DNA of 34,619 nt from Dimargaris cristalligena. Taxonomy: Eukaryota. Each line of letters opens with the position of its first letter. Within the stretch, counting starts at the first letter, position 1. Under the pieces are notes generated by a model, which was not told the DNA's origin, made no database searches, and saw only the letters and a program-made list of their open reading frames with translations. Shown piece by piece: positions 11,101-23,080 of this stretch. The position numbers and the translations under genes were made by a program. The DNA lies in the NCBI GenBank assembly GCA_003614675.1, contig ML002388.1, positions 1 through 34,619 of the forward strand. Reading direction: 5' to 3'.

Positions 11101-12628
11101 GGAACTAACCACGACGGCCAACGCCACTCCTACCGTGGCTACTCCTGCGGCGACCCCCGTACGGCCCTCCCGCCAGCGCTCGCGAACAGTGGCCACCTCC
11201 GCCGCCGCTATTGATCGGGCTAGTGAGAATGATTTGGACCTATTTACCCAATGCCAGCGATCGGCCATTAAACTGTTAACCCACCGTCTTTTGGGTCTGC
11301 CCAAAACGACGACCGACCCTAATGAGGAAGCCCCCCATACCCGGCCCCAGGAGATTAGAGACGCGGCCCTGCCGGTACTCAAACTCCTGGACAGTTGGAT
11401 TACGCCGGTGCCTACAACGACCAGTGCCGCGGATGCCCCTACCGACCCTGAGCCCGTGTCGACCCCAAACCCCGTACGGAGTTTCCGGCGGCTTACCGCT
11501 GCCCAATGTCTTCTGAAACTGGCCACGCAAGACCGTTACGAATCTCTTTTGGGTTCCCAACATGTCGAGCGCCTAAGTGGTGTTGTCCAAGACCCTTGTT
11601 ACCCCGTGCGCCTGTCCTATACTACCAAGCTTATTGGCTATCTAAATTCGCTCCGAATCCCCCACCGATTCCTGGCCAGCCTGTTCTTAGTAGCCCCCGA
11701 TACCGAAGCCGCCATTAAATTGACGGTCCGTTCCTTCGTCAAAAGACAACTACAGGCCCCTAATATGCGGGATCGATTCGCTACGCTCTACGAAACCACT
11801 ATCACCCGTTTGATTCATTTGTTGGCCCACCGACCCGATTATGACGAAACAAGCGCGGCCCTTAATGCCCTGAGTCGGTATATCGACTTTTACTTGGATC
11901 TCGTGGCCAACGATGATAACGTGTCTCTTATTTTCCACATGGCCGCGCAACTTAAAACGGTTACCGACCGTTCGACCATGCCTCCCAATCCCACTAGTGC
12001 CGCCCAAACCCTAAAGGCCTCGCAGCCCATTTACGTTCTCAGTGACATGGCCCAATACCTGATCCAGGAGAAATGCCATGCCCACCAGTGGACGCTGCTC
12101 TCCTACCCGGGTTCCGATCGGCCGCCGCGGGACCTGTTTGTGCCCATTGAGAATGATGAAGTGCTATCCCAAATTGCTAAGCGCAGTTTTCTACCGCCCG
12201 ATTTTACGCGTGATCGATCCGGAGTAAGTCACAACCACCACTATCACCATTCATCGGGAGGAACCGGAGGAGGAGCCTCTGCTACCCCCCGCCGGGGTGC
12301 GGGTACAGGCCCGGGACTGCGTGGCGAGGTCACCCGGCAGCGCAAATCAGCCTCCCGCACGGCCGCTGCGGCGGGAAGTGAAAGTGAGGCTAGTGGGTCC
12401 GATGGCGAAGGGGATAGTGACGCCGAAACCGGTCGTCGGAAACGCCGCCGTCCCCGCCGGCGGCCCTCTGATGCCTCCGAACGTGGGTTCGGTCGGTCTA
12501 AAATGGCCCGTGCAGCCGAAGGTATGACCACGCCCAGTCGTCGCAATGCCCCCCGGCGGGCCAAGGCCGACGGTGAAGTGCGGTACCACCAATCATCCGA
12601 CAGTGATAGTAATGTGGAGGAAGATTAA
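8157..12628 (+). CDS. PDS5: Sister chromatid cohesion protein Pds5 (HEAT repeats), about 1396 aa, 2 exons
   Basis: Exon 1 is 8157-8249 (MATLDRLRFRQKL...ELMKRLK, donor GTAGGT). Intron 8250-8530 ends in TTCTAG. Exon 2 is 8531-12628. Motifs ACCLADIMRLYAPEAPY, YFYLLESLSNVKS, LLNVIPQLEEEL and DPDEKVRLA, plus a basic/acidic disordered C-tail. Confidence 0.95.
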
Positions 12629-12639
12629 GTTGATACTGC

Positions 12640-12655
12640 GTGTGTGTGTGTGTGT
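12640..12655. repeat. (GT)8 microsatellite immediately after the PDS5 stop codon
   Basis: gtgtgtgtgtgtgtgt seen directly. Confidence 0.85.
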
Positions 12656-13398
12656 ATGTGTTTTAATTTTGGTTTTATAGTCGAAGGATGTCTCAATTGA
12701 AAATTCTTATCATTATAATTACTCCCGTATGGTATTGGGTATTAAGTTTCACCTTTTAGTATTTTGATCTGTATCATCCTTTTGGTAAGTGCACCCGATC
12801 ACCCAGTATCACACTGTTTTAGTTGACATAGCCCAAGCATTCTGATATTTCGAACCAGCCAAATAAAATAATATAGTGAATAGTATGAATTTTTGATGTG
12901 GTTTCGCGCCATCTATGTGTTGCTTGGAATTACACAACAAGAATTAGATATAAGTCATAATTTACTATTGTTATTATCTTGGATCCGGCACCGTTACCCT
13001 TGGTAGACTTTAACATTTACAAAGTGGATGTTCATAATTGTGAGTTTTGTATTACATACGACGATCCATCAAAAACTGGGGTAGTATAACTAGCAAAATT
13101 ATAAAGGACAACAGTCAGCCCTAGCATTAGCAATTGGAACGAAACACACAATTCTCGTAAATATGACAGGCTGAATTGAGCAAAAAGTATAGCCATAATG
13201 ACGCAAATATCCGAATAGTATTAGCAATGTCAACAATACCCGTTGATAAAAATGGGGGAATATATATCCGCGAGGGTTATTGACTAAGATGAAGCGTGTG
13301 AGAATGTGTGTGTATGTCTGTGTGAAAGGGAAGTCAAATTATTATTATGTATTTATTTTCAGAAAAGGGATGGAAGGTACACATTAGACCACGGCTGT

Positions 13399-16300
13399 TT
13401 AGGCAGATTGATGTCCATCGACGGACGAAAAGCTCCCGTTAAGGGACATTCTAGACCGGGACGATGAGGCAGCCACAGGGACCTGGTACACCTCATTAAA
13501 ATTGAGGCGCACAGCGAGGAATTTTAAGTTGGCGTCTTGCTGTTCGGTTAGATTGGTCAGTAAATCGGTTACCCGCCGCTGGAACGTTTCAATCGCGGTC
13601 GTGTACTGTTGCCGGATCACCAACAGACGCTCGGGGACCCGGGGGGTTTCGCTGTTTTCGGCCGCTGAGGGTGGGTTATTAGTATTGCCCCCCGGTTTCC
13701 GGGTTGACCGAGTGGTGGTAGCAGCCTTGGTGGACGAGGCGGAATAGCGATTCGCCTCCATCAGGGCAAAGTCGTACAGATTATCCACGGCGTTCCGGAA
13801 TTGAAAAATCACGTCCAAAATTTTCACCATGCCCTGTAGGTAATTCACCCGCTTATGCACCAGCAGTTTGGTGATGGACATGATGTACACTTTATGGGCA
13901 GCAATCAGCAAATCAAGGTCGTCCAGACCTTTGTTGATGCGGTACATGAAGGCCGTCCACGCCTTTTCAATGACTTCGTACAGGATAAAGCACTGGAGCT
14001 GATTGAGGAAATGGGTCATTTCGTGCGTCGCTATATGACACCGGTGAATATCGCCGGCCAAAAAGGGCACGCGTCGGACCGTCCGGGAGCACGTTGTTTG
14101 CTTACGCCACAACTTCGATAATTCGTGCTCGACGTATTTCAATTTCCACAGAAAAGCGAATAATTTGGAATAGGGTTTGATACTTTCCTGTAGGAGAAAT
14201 TGATCCATCGGAGGGGGGACGACGTATTGCAGTTCGAAGATATCCCACCCGGCATCGCCGTTGGCTTTCTGTAACAAATGGAAATCGAGTTGCCGCAAAA
14301 TGACCGGGTCTTCGTATTGGGCGTTCGATGCCCGAATGGCACTTTCCATACCGGCGTTGAGGTTATGGCGGTACACCTGACCCGCGGGTTTCGACAATTC
14401 CGGGCCGATGGACTTCAGCAGACACTGGACGAAATCACCCTGCCCAAGCAGTAGGTAACGTTTCATGGCCCAAAAGTGGTCCATCAGTTTATACTTGTTG
14501 AACATGACGTCCAGGAGACGACGGCAAACGGTACGGTACACCCGGTCGATGGATACTTCCACCGCAAAGGAGTCGGCGTAGGAGAGGACGATTTCGTTGC
14601 GGAGGACTCGGCACTGCTGGTTAATCCAGGCCCCGTCCTGGCAGTGGAAGCGCAAGAAATGGACCGATTTGCCAATGAGGAAAATCTTGGTCGCCACCAC
14701 CGTTTGGATAAAGATGGGGATATTGAGGACCGACAGTTCGAATTTGGATTTCCAGGCGTTGGTGTTGGATTCGGAAATGACGGCAATGAATGATTCTTGG
14801 TGGGGATCAAGCAGTTCGCCATTGTAGATCCAGTGTTCAACGATTTCGTAGAAGGGAACTGAGATCTGGAGAATATATGGATCGGTGGTTTTAGTAAGTG
14901 GAGAGGGGGTCGAATAATTAGCAGGAGGGGAAGTATTGGATTGGTTATTATACATTGACTCATGGCTTACTTAAGATTTCCAAATTTTAATGAATGGGTA
15001 TATCACAGAAAGACAAAACAAAAAGCGAGTATATCCTAACAGATTGAGACTTACGGTCTTTAGAATATCGTTGGCCAGGTCGCGGATAAACGGGTCGCCG
15101 TGGTCTGTATAAATGTGGATCTCGTTAAGAATCGGCCCGGCCCGCTTATCCCGACATTTCTCGGCCAATTGGGCAAAGAAATGGAGTTTCTTAAAAGCCG
15201 GCTGAAGCCATACTTTTAACCGCCGTAAGGTCAATCCCGTCCGGGCCGCCATGGTCCACACGGCCGAGGCATCCGTGGCGGTGGCTTCCTCGGTATGAGC
15301 GGGGGTACTGGTAACCCCGTTGATATTGAAACGCAGCATCTTATCCATGGCCTCATGGTTAACTAGTTGGTTTTCTAACAAGGCGACGAATTTCAAGTGC
15401 TCCGTGAGCTCCTGGTCTAAATAAGCGGTAAAGCTCTGTACTACATGCCCTACCGAGGGAGTTTTCCGCATGAGGACAATGTACCCCTTGACCTGCCGGA
15501 AGTACTCACCCAGGGTAGCCAAATGGTGGACCAGGGCCCGAACGGGTGCATCCATCCGACACGAATCGGGTAACCGGAAAGCCCCCTGGTGACGGTCGTA
15601 GTGGATAAGCTGGCCATCGATACCTTGGAAGGCATATACCAGATCGGTCATAAGGTCAAGTTCGGAAGCGGTAGACGTAGACGGAACTAGCTGGGACAGG
15701 GGTGCTGGTGATGCTGGCTGGGCCGTGGTGTGATCGACGTATTTGGAGAGCGGTCGGGGTTGCGGGGGGCGGGCGGGAGCGAGCTGGTGGGAGTCCGGGT
15801 GGGCCGGATTCGTCAGAGCCAGCCGGGGATCGCGTTCGGTCAGCGGGGCAGTAGCGGACGAAGGGCTGTCCGCTCGATCGATGGTCTGTAGACCAAACGA
15901 GGAGAAGGCGGATTTCAGGGCCCCCATTTGAGTGTATCGATTGGAGGCCGATACGTTAGAATCAGCGGGAGCATTAGAGTTGCTAAGTGAGTAGAGAAGG
16001 TAGAGGATGGACCACCGTTGGGTCAGCACGTCTTTACTCTGTATGCGGGCGTAGAGTTGCGAAAAACGAAGGGCATTCTGCATTTGACTGGCATCCCGGG
16101 CCAATTTCTTTTTAATCAGGTCGGATATCTGGGCTTCGTCGGCCACGACAGACGGAGTCATCCGACTATATATAAAAAAGTGACATGCGAATAGGGGTCA
16201 ATACAAGATAGAACAGCGTAAGTACCATCATCCGGGGCTAATAGGTAACGGGGCTACGGGTTGGTATTCGATTGCCAGGAAGGGGATTAATATCATTTTC

Positions 16301-16600
16301 CAGTTTAACAGAATATTTGAAAGCCCAAACAGGCCTAAATGGAATCCTTCACTACAAGGCCAATTTAAATTCAACATTTGAGTTCAAAGTATCTGGGCCG
16401 CCAAAATATGAGCGGGTGCGGGGAATGGGTACTACTCTAACCTAGTCTATGCGAGCTGGGCGTTTTCGGACCTACCTACTCAGTATCCGGGAGCAGTACT
16501 TTAGCACGGAATCCCGCTTGGCAATGGATACGGGTTCGCCGTGCAGAGACAGAAAACAATCAACCAGTTGACCCAAGGTACCAAGGACTTCGGACTCCAT
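13399..16600 (-). CDS. SPC98: Gamma-tubulin complex component 3 (GCP3/Spc98/Alp6), about 900 aa, 3 exons
   Basis: Exons 16600-16476 (MESEVLG...CSRILS), 16165-15055 and 14865-13399 join in frame. Motifs LVYAFQGIDG, HGDPFIRDL, KIFLIGKSVHFLR, AMKRYLLLGQGDFV, AIRASNAQY and GWDIFELQY. The last three are characteristic of GCP3 rather than GCP2. Confidence 0.92.
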
Positions 16601-17360
16601 TGTCGCCAATGGTGTGCAACACAATCAAGATAATAGGCAATGTAAACAAAGAAAGAATGAGTGTGTACGAGGGGGTGCGAAGAGGGACTGGGCAGCCGCT
16701 TGGAGAGATTAGTCCGGGTAAGTCAAGGCCGAAGCGAAGGCTGAGTTAAAAAAGAGCAGAACTTAAAGCAATACGAAGAAGGATGAGAAAGGGCCAAGTA
16801 TAACTGCTGATTGCCAGTGCTACTGTGTAGTTCGGTTGTTATTGGGTGAAATATTGTTGGCAATCTGTACCGAAATGCCGCCACCTTATTTACTCTTCAC
16901 TAGGGCACTGCCAAATACCCTAATGGCCCAAATAAAATAATAATACCACCACCATCTCGGTTGACTATTAGCTGGTGGTTTATCTAAGCCACAAACTGTT
17001 TGGGGCGGGAAAAATTCAGGAGAGAAACTAAGCGTAGCCCGCCGGATTTTCATCCCATGAGATTGCATAGTCATGATAAAATTCTTAGGAGTGCAATACC
17101 AACAATCGCATCCGCCCGACCCAAACATACCGCACGCCACGCTTATTAGCAAAAAGACCTGCCGCATCCTGGTAGTAAATCGACTGAATCCGAGTAATTA
17201 TTGGTGCAAAGGGACCCACCCCCAAGTTTACCCGAATCCTTTAACCATAGGAACAGGCACGTGTTAACTACCAGCCTGTCGGTTATTTATATTTATATAT
17301 ATATATATAAATAAGGATTTATTGGTAATAATGTGCGTTATTTTACACTGAGGTGGCAGC

Positions 17361-18536
17361 TTAGGCCGGGGGAACAAAACCGGCTGTTATGTCGGAAAAA
17401 TAGGAGTATTGATAGGGGCAGGCAAAATCACAAGGTACATTGGCAGAGGGTTAGTTGACTATTAGCAAACGTCCAAAAAAAAAGTAGCACCTCGATATCT
17501 ACCAACCCGAGCGTCTGGATAGATCAACAGGGTGCGGACAAATTCGACGATATCCCTCCAAATTAAATAGACAATCTCGAGGTACACGATCTATCAATAA
17601 TATATGACGTACCGTATTTCTTTCTTTCGTAGACCATGTCCATTTTAGAGGTGCCCAAGTTGATAATCTTTGGGCAGCCATCTCGCTAATTCGGTTGATC
17701 AAGTAGCCAAGAACAAATGGCAACAACAAATAAACAATGGCAGCAAAAATAGGAGGTCGAAATCTTAGTATAGGCGGAATATGATGTATCCGAGGGTAGA
17801 TTCTAGTATCGTATAAACCTTATAAACGTACGGCTTAACCGTGGTGATTCGGCATTTGGGAACTTACGTCTTTTTCCAGGATGGTGCATTCCTTGCAATA
17901 GTAGGCATCTGAAATACCGGGGCCACCGCAGACTACGCATCGACCTTCGTGGGTCCCGTAGTTGCATTCATCGCAAATGCGAACAAGGGTGCACGGCCGA
18001 ACAAATGATACGCAAATTACACATTTACCGTCGCCTTAATAAGCAGAGACATATCAAAAATACATTTAAGGAGAGAGGCGGGAAAGTAGTTAGCAAAATA
18101 GCATTAGACCTACATATTGGATCAAGACATACACAAAAGGTTAGGTTGGCGCAGAATACTAAAGACAGTCCAGAATTAGACTGGTATAAACTTACATTTT
18201 TCACACACACGGCCGACAGCTGGTAGGGAGACAGTAGCAGGATTTATGAGTGGGATGGGTAAGAGTTTTTTTTAAAAAAAATAGAGAGTAAAAATAGTGT
18301 AACAGCGCGTTAATAGTCTGATTTCTTATATATGTGTGAGGGAGTGTGTGTGTGTGTGTGTGTGTATGAGTTGTATGAATATGCGTAGCACCAAATTGCC
18401 AATCACATATAGGGGAGGAAACGGCCCCCAATTGTTGGCTGGGATAGTAGAGGGTCCCGTATATTTAGTTTGGGGGCACTTTACCTATACCGGGCTGCTT
18501 GCGGCAAAGAATGAGATCGGGATTGTGTTTAGACAT
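17361..18536 (-). CDS. PHF5A: U2 snRNP SF3b subunit PHF5A/Rds3/Ini1 (triple zinc knot), about 112 aa, 5 exons
   Basis: Exons 18536-18485, 18219-18196, 18034-17868, 17685-17613 and 17383-17361 give [112 protein letters not shown], colinear with PHF5A/Rds3. The last exon is the least certain. Not in the ORF track. Confidence 0.93.
18344..18365. repeat. (GT)11 microsatellite in PHF5A intron 1
   Basis: Seen directly. Confidence 0.9.
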
Positions 18537-19279
18537 AACTAAATGGATACGCTGGATATAGGTCCAGGGGCTTGGGGTAAATATTCCAAAAATTGAGATG
18601 CGAAGTGGAATGGGCCAATATTAAAGAAGAAATGGGTCAGGGGACTAGTTGTGCAAAAACGTATGAAAACTAAACCAAGCTGAAGGCATGTAAGTTGGTA
18701 AATGTAATTCGGAATGCTGCAATGGAAGCAATGTAACCAACCGAGTTTCGAGACCAATGCGAAAGAAGGAGTTTGAGAATATGACTAAGCCCACCTATCC
18801 AGTAGTATACTATTCGGCGGCGAAGTGTAGTAGTATTACTTCATATATGAGAAATTCACTCAGGCTGTATAACGAAAAATCCATTGGATGAGGCCAATAT
18901 TACTGGGTAAAAGCTATTCTCATATATATTCGCTCATACACGTATCATGTAAAACCCTATACGGCTGGTTTAAATTTTATCCATATCAACCTATCAAAAT
19001 GCCTCTAAGGGGGGGATGAAACTCTCATCCCAGAGGTGAGCTTTGGTAATACACCTACTGCCCAGGTAATGTACACATACCAAGGAGAATAAATAAGCAC
19101 CTGTCCGCCGTATTAGTATTAATCAAGTGCGGTTTATTTACTATTCAATAAGGGAAAACTTCAGCTTAAATCGAAAATATTCATGATTCTCATCGTTTTG
19201 ACCGACATTGGGCAATTCGTGGGCATGTTTAACATAACAAATCAAGTTGGTAATGAAAAGCAGAGAAAAGAAAAGGGCG

Positions 19280-19783
19280 TTATAAACCATGGGTTTCAAA
19301 GTCATTTTGAACCAAGTTTACCAAGGTATTCAAGGTAGCTGCTCCAGCGATAACACAAGCAGCGTCGACGACCCCGTTGACACAGTCCTGGTAGGTAATA
19401 CCCCTGGGAGTTGGTTCTTGATCATCGTCGTCCTCCACCAAAGGAAAGCGGCGCAGAGACTCACCCCCACTCCAGTTTGAAATGGTATCAGCATCGTTGT
19501 AGGCCTTGTCATCGTATGCATCAACGTGCTTTTCGCTTGATCCTGCCAGGCCGGCGGCCTCCTTTTCATCCAGGCCGGACATATCAATGGTGCAGTGCTC
19601 CATCCGATTATTATTGTCACTGTGGCTGGTAGATTGGTAGTAAGGGTTCGGCTGAGCCGAGAGGAGGGGTGCTTGCGAGTCCGGGTCGTTCTGCGCGCCC
19701 AGGAATCCCGGGGTGGGCCGTGCCTGGGTTCCCGAGTGGGCAGCGAGGTAGAGGCATAGAAGAACTGTAGGAATGGCACGCAT
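19280..19783 (-). CDS. Small secreted protein of unknown function, 167 aa
   Basis: ATG at 19783-19781 (the ORF track starts two codons earlier at TTG). MRAIPTVLLCLYLAAHSGTQA-RP has the form of a signal peptide. The body is acidic and low-complexity. TATAAG lies about 135 nt upstream on the minus strand. No recognised domain. Confidence 0.7.
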   Translation of the reverse strand: MRAIPTVLLCLYLAAHSGTQARPTPGFLGAQNDPDSQAPLLSAQPNPYYQSTSHSDNNNRMEHCTIDMSGLDEKEAAGLAGSSEKHVDAYDDKAYNDADTISNWSGGESLRRFPLVEDDDDQEPTPRGITYQDCVNGVVDAACVIAGAATLNTLVNLVQNDFETHGL

Positions 19784-20488
19784 GGTCAAGAATTGAAGGA
19801 GTTGATAAAGGGCCCAAGTGATTGATAGGGAGGGTTCACGGGTGTAGAGTGGAGAAGCAGGTGAAAAGGCACTGATGATGTTGTGTTGTTGAATGGAGGG
19901 GGGTGCAGTTGGTCTTATAAGTAAAGATAGTCAATGGCAGTGGCAGTGGGCACAATGCTAAGAGGCATAGTATACATGATGGCGCTGGAGCATCAGCGGG
20001 GTTACTCATCCTCCAGTGTGGCCAGAAGTGGGAGGGAATAATAAGAATTCTTGTGAACCGCTAACGTATTTTATATATTAGATATATGAGCGTTTCTTCC
20101 TTTGAGTTAATTCGTGTAGCAAGGGCTTCGACGTGGTAGCACAAATTCGAGCCATTCGACAACCAGGGCCCGTTACTGGCCGCGAAAGATAAAAAATACG
20201 AGTTGCCTTATAGTTGGGCAATCGGTGGATGCATGGATGAGGTAGTGGGCGAGGAGGAGGACCCTTGTAGATCGTGACTGTGGCAGGCTTGAATATCATC
20301 ATCCTGTGGACGGGAATGCCGGCCGAACGGTGTGGTTCTCCCTCTAAAGCGCCATAGCTGCAAATCAATATCACTTCGTGCCCCAGCATGATTGGCCGGG
20401 TCTCTCCTATCACACAGTGAGCATTGGTCCGGTGCGTAGCACTCATGACCAGAGCCCTTCGTCATGATTGATCCCGGGGGTCTTTATG

Positions 20489-20543
20489 TATGCGCCCACT
20501 CACCTCCCTCTCTATATATGCGCCCACTCCCATCCATATATAA
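20489..20543 (+). promoter_or_regulatory. OAT core promoter: 13-bp direct repeat TATGCGCCCACTC (20489-20501, 20517-20529) followed by TATATAA (20537-20543)
   Basis: Repeat and TATA box seen directly about 100-150 nt upstream of the ATG at 20644, followed by a pyrimidine-rich leader. Confidence 0.55.
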
Positions 20544-20643
20544 TCTCCGCCACTCGGCCATTCGCAGAAGGCAATTCTTGTACCCCACTCACCTTTTTTT
20601 CCTACTAGTTTTACCTCATTTCAACTTCAACTCCAACTTCACT

Positions 20644-22958
20644 ATGTCTTCCCACCAAAGCATTTCCCTCACTTCCCAGGACGTCTTCAGCCTGGAGGAC
20701 AAGTACGGCGCCCACAAGTAAGTCCGCTTCTTTTTACCACTCAGCTCAATTGACTATGCCCCTCACCTACTTTGTGCCAGGGCCCCATTCTTTTTAAAAG
20801 CCGCCTCTTCCAGTCCATGTGCCCCCCCCATACTCCCTGAAGTAGCACTGGGGGGTATACTCTGCCTTGCTGAGCTCCACTTGCTATATTGTAGCTCAAC
20901 CTACCTTCTCAACAGAAGGAGCCACTCTCGCATTCGGAAGCTTGTCCTCATCCCCTACCCTCTCCTTGGCCGTTGTTTTGCCCTCTTCCCCCTTATACTA
21001 TACCCTTAGCTACCACCCCCTGCCCGTTGTCTTCAGCAAGGCCAAGGGCACTAAGGTCTGGGACCTGGAGGGCAAGGAATACCTCGACTTCCTGTCCGCC
21101 TATTCCGCCGTCAATCAAGGTAAGAATCACACACCTGTACCTTTCCCACCCACCCAGAGTTGTTTCCACCGCTTAAACGACCCCTGCCGCAATATTCCCT
21201 AGACTATACAGCCCCTTGGCTGTCGCATATCACTGCAAACAGCAGTCCCACTTGTTGACCGTGTGATGGTTACCTTATTAAGGACCGTGGGGGATTTGGC
21301 CCCTCTAATAAGGGGGGTCACGAGGACAGTTATGCAGCCGGATTCTCTGCCCCTTCTCCTTTTGGGGCCTAGGATAGTGGATGGGCACGATCACCATACG
21401 TACACTGTCCATCGATCACTACGGTGGTGGGCACGTTCCTATACCACTTATTATTATGCTACACTCCCTCATCAATGTGTGTTTTTAAAAATATTGGCAC
21501 TTTCCCGTTACCTCTAGGCCACTGTCACCCCAAAATCGTGCAGGCTCTAGTTGACCAGGCCCAGACCCTGGCTCTGAGCTCTCGCGCTTTCTACAACGAT
21601 AAGTTTGGCCTGTACGCCAAGTATATCACTGAGGTTAGCATTCATTTTTTTTGTTCCTGTAGATATATCAATCGAGAGTGAACTATAATATGTTTGTGTA
21701 CCCCCGCTATAATTAGACTATACGCCTTGCCAGGTCTATCGCGTCACCTACTATTCAGTCATTCTCCTCAACATATTAACCCGTTCAAAGGATGTACCCA
21801 ACCCCACCTTCCTGCCAAATAATCCCCCTAGTATTTCAAGTATGACATGGTTCTCCCCATGAATACGGGCGCCGAAGCCGTCGAAACCGCCCTCAAACTT
21901 GCCCGCAAGTGGGGCTATCTCAAGGTACGGGCCCTCCCTATCTTCATCATATCGTCCTGAACCTTTTTACCTCCCCCCGTCATCATCATAATGATTCCAC
22001 CACCATTATCCATACTCCATCGGCTTACACCTAGTATTTCCATTTTTGCCACTCCACTCTCCATCCTTTCCTTTAGAAAAATATCCCCGTCAACGAGGCC
22101 ATTATCTTCTCGTGCAGCGAAAACTTCCACGGTCGCACCACTGGTGTCGTCTCCATGTCCACTGACCCCGAGGCCCGTAACGACTTTGGCCCCTATTTAC
22201 CCAATGTTGGACCAATTTGCCCGGCCACTGGCAAGGCCATCAGGTACAACCACGCCGAGGACCTGGAGGAGGCTCTGAAGCATAGCGGCCCTAAGGTGGC
22301 TGCCTTCCTGGTGGAGCCCATCCAAGGCGAAGCGGGCATCGTGGTCCCTGGCCCGGGTTACCTGAAGCGGTGCTACGAGCTTTGCAAAGAGCACAATGTC
22401 CTGTTCATTGCTGATGAAATCCAGACCGGTCTGGCCCGTACGGGCACTATGTTGGCCATTGACCAGGATGACGTCCGTCCCGACATCGTCCTCCTGGGTA
22501 AGGCTCTCAGCGGCGGTGTCTACCCCGTGAGTGCTGTCCTGGCCGACCGTGACATCATGCTTTGCATTAAGCCCGGCGAGCATGGCAGTACCTACGGTGG
22601 CAACCCCATCGCCTGTGCAGTTGCTATTGCTGCCCTGGAAGTCATTAAGGAAGAGAACCTGGTGGAGCGGGCCCGCACTTTGGGTGAAAAGCTCCGGGCG
22701 GACTTGGAGGCCATCGACAGCCCCATTATTTCCACGGTGCGGGGCCGTGGTCTGCTTAACGCCATTGTGATTGACGAGAGCCACTGCGGTGGTAAGACGG
22801 CCTGGGACCTGTGTCTTCTGATGAAAGACCGTGGCCTGCTGGCTAAACCTACTCACCAGAATATCATTCGGCTGGCCCCGCCTCTGACCATATCCGAAGA
22901 GGAATTGGCCAAGGGTGTCGAAATTATCCGTTCTTCCATTGCCGATTTGGTTCAGTAA
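20644..22958 (+). CDS. CAR2: Ornithine aminotransferase (class III PLP enzyme), about 424 aa, 5 exons
   Basis: Exons 20644-20717, 21010-21119, 21518-21633, 21832-21924 and 22077-22958 join in frame. Motifs [88 protein letters not shown] (PLP lysine) and HGSTYGGNP. Confidence 0.97.
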
Positions 22959-23074
22959 ATCGAGTCACGTGCGACATTTTGTTAACCACCCCCCGAATCT
23001 GTATTGTTCACTTGCATTAACATGGTGTTTATTATCGGTTCAACGTTTGCTCATCGATATTACTCGTTGTTTAG

Positions 23075-23080
23075 AATAAA
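23075..23080 (+). terminator. Candidate polyadenylation signal of OAT
   Basis: AATAAA 117 nt after the stop codon. Confidence 0.4.

Noticed and set aside
9161..12592. Many 65-184 aa ORFs inside PDS5 (and similar ones inside GCP3 and RNA14)
   Set aside because: Alternative or antisense frames of GC-rich coding DNA.
22197..22856. 219-aa minus-strand ORF opposite OAT
   Set aside because: Antisense frame kept open by strong codon bias; not protein-like.
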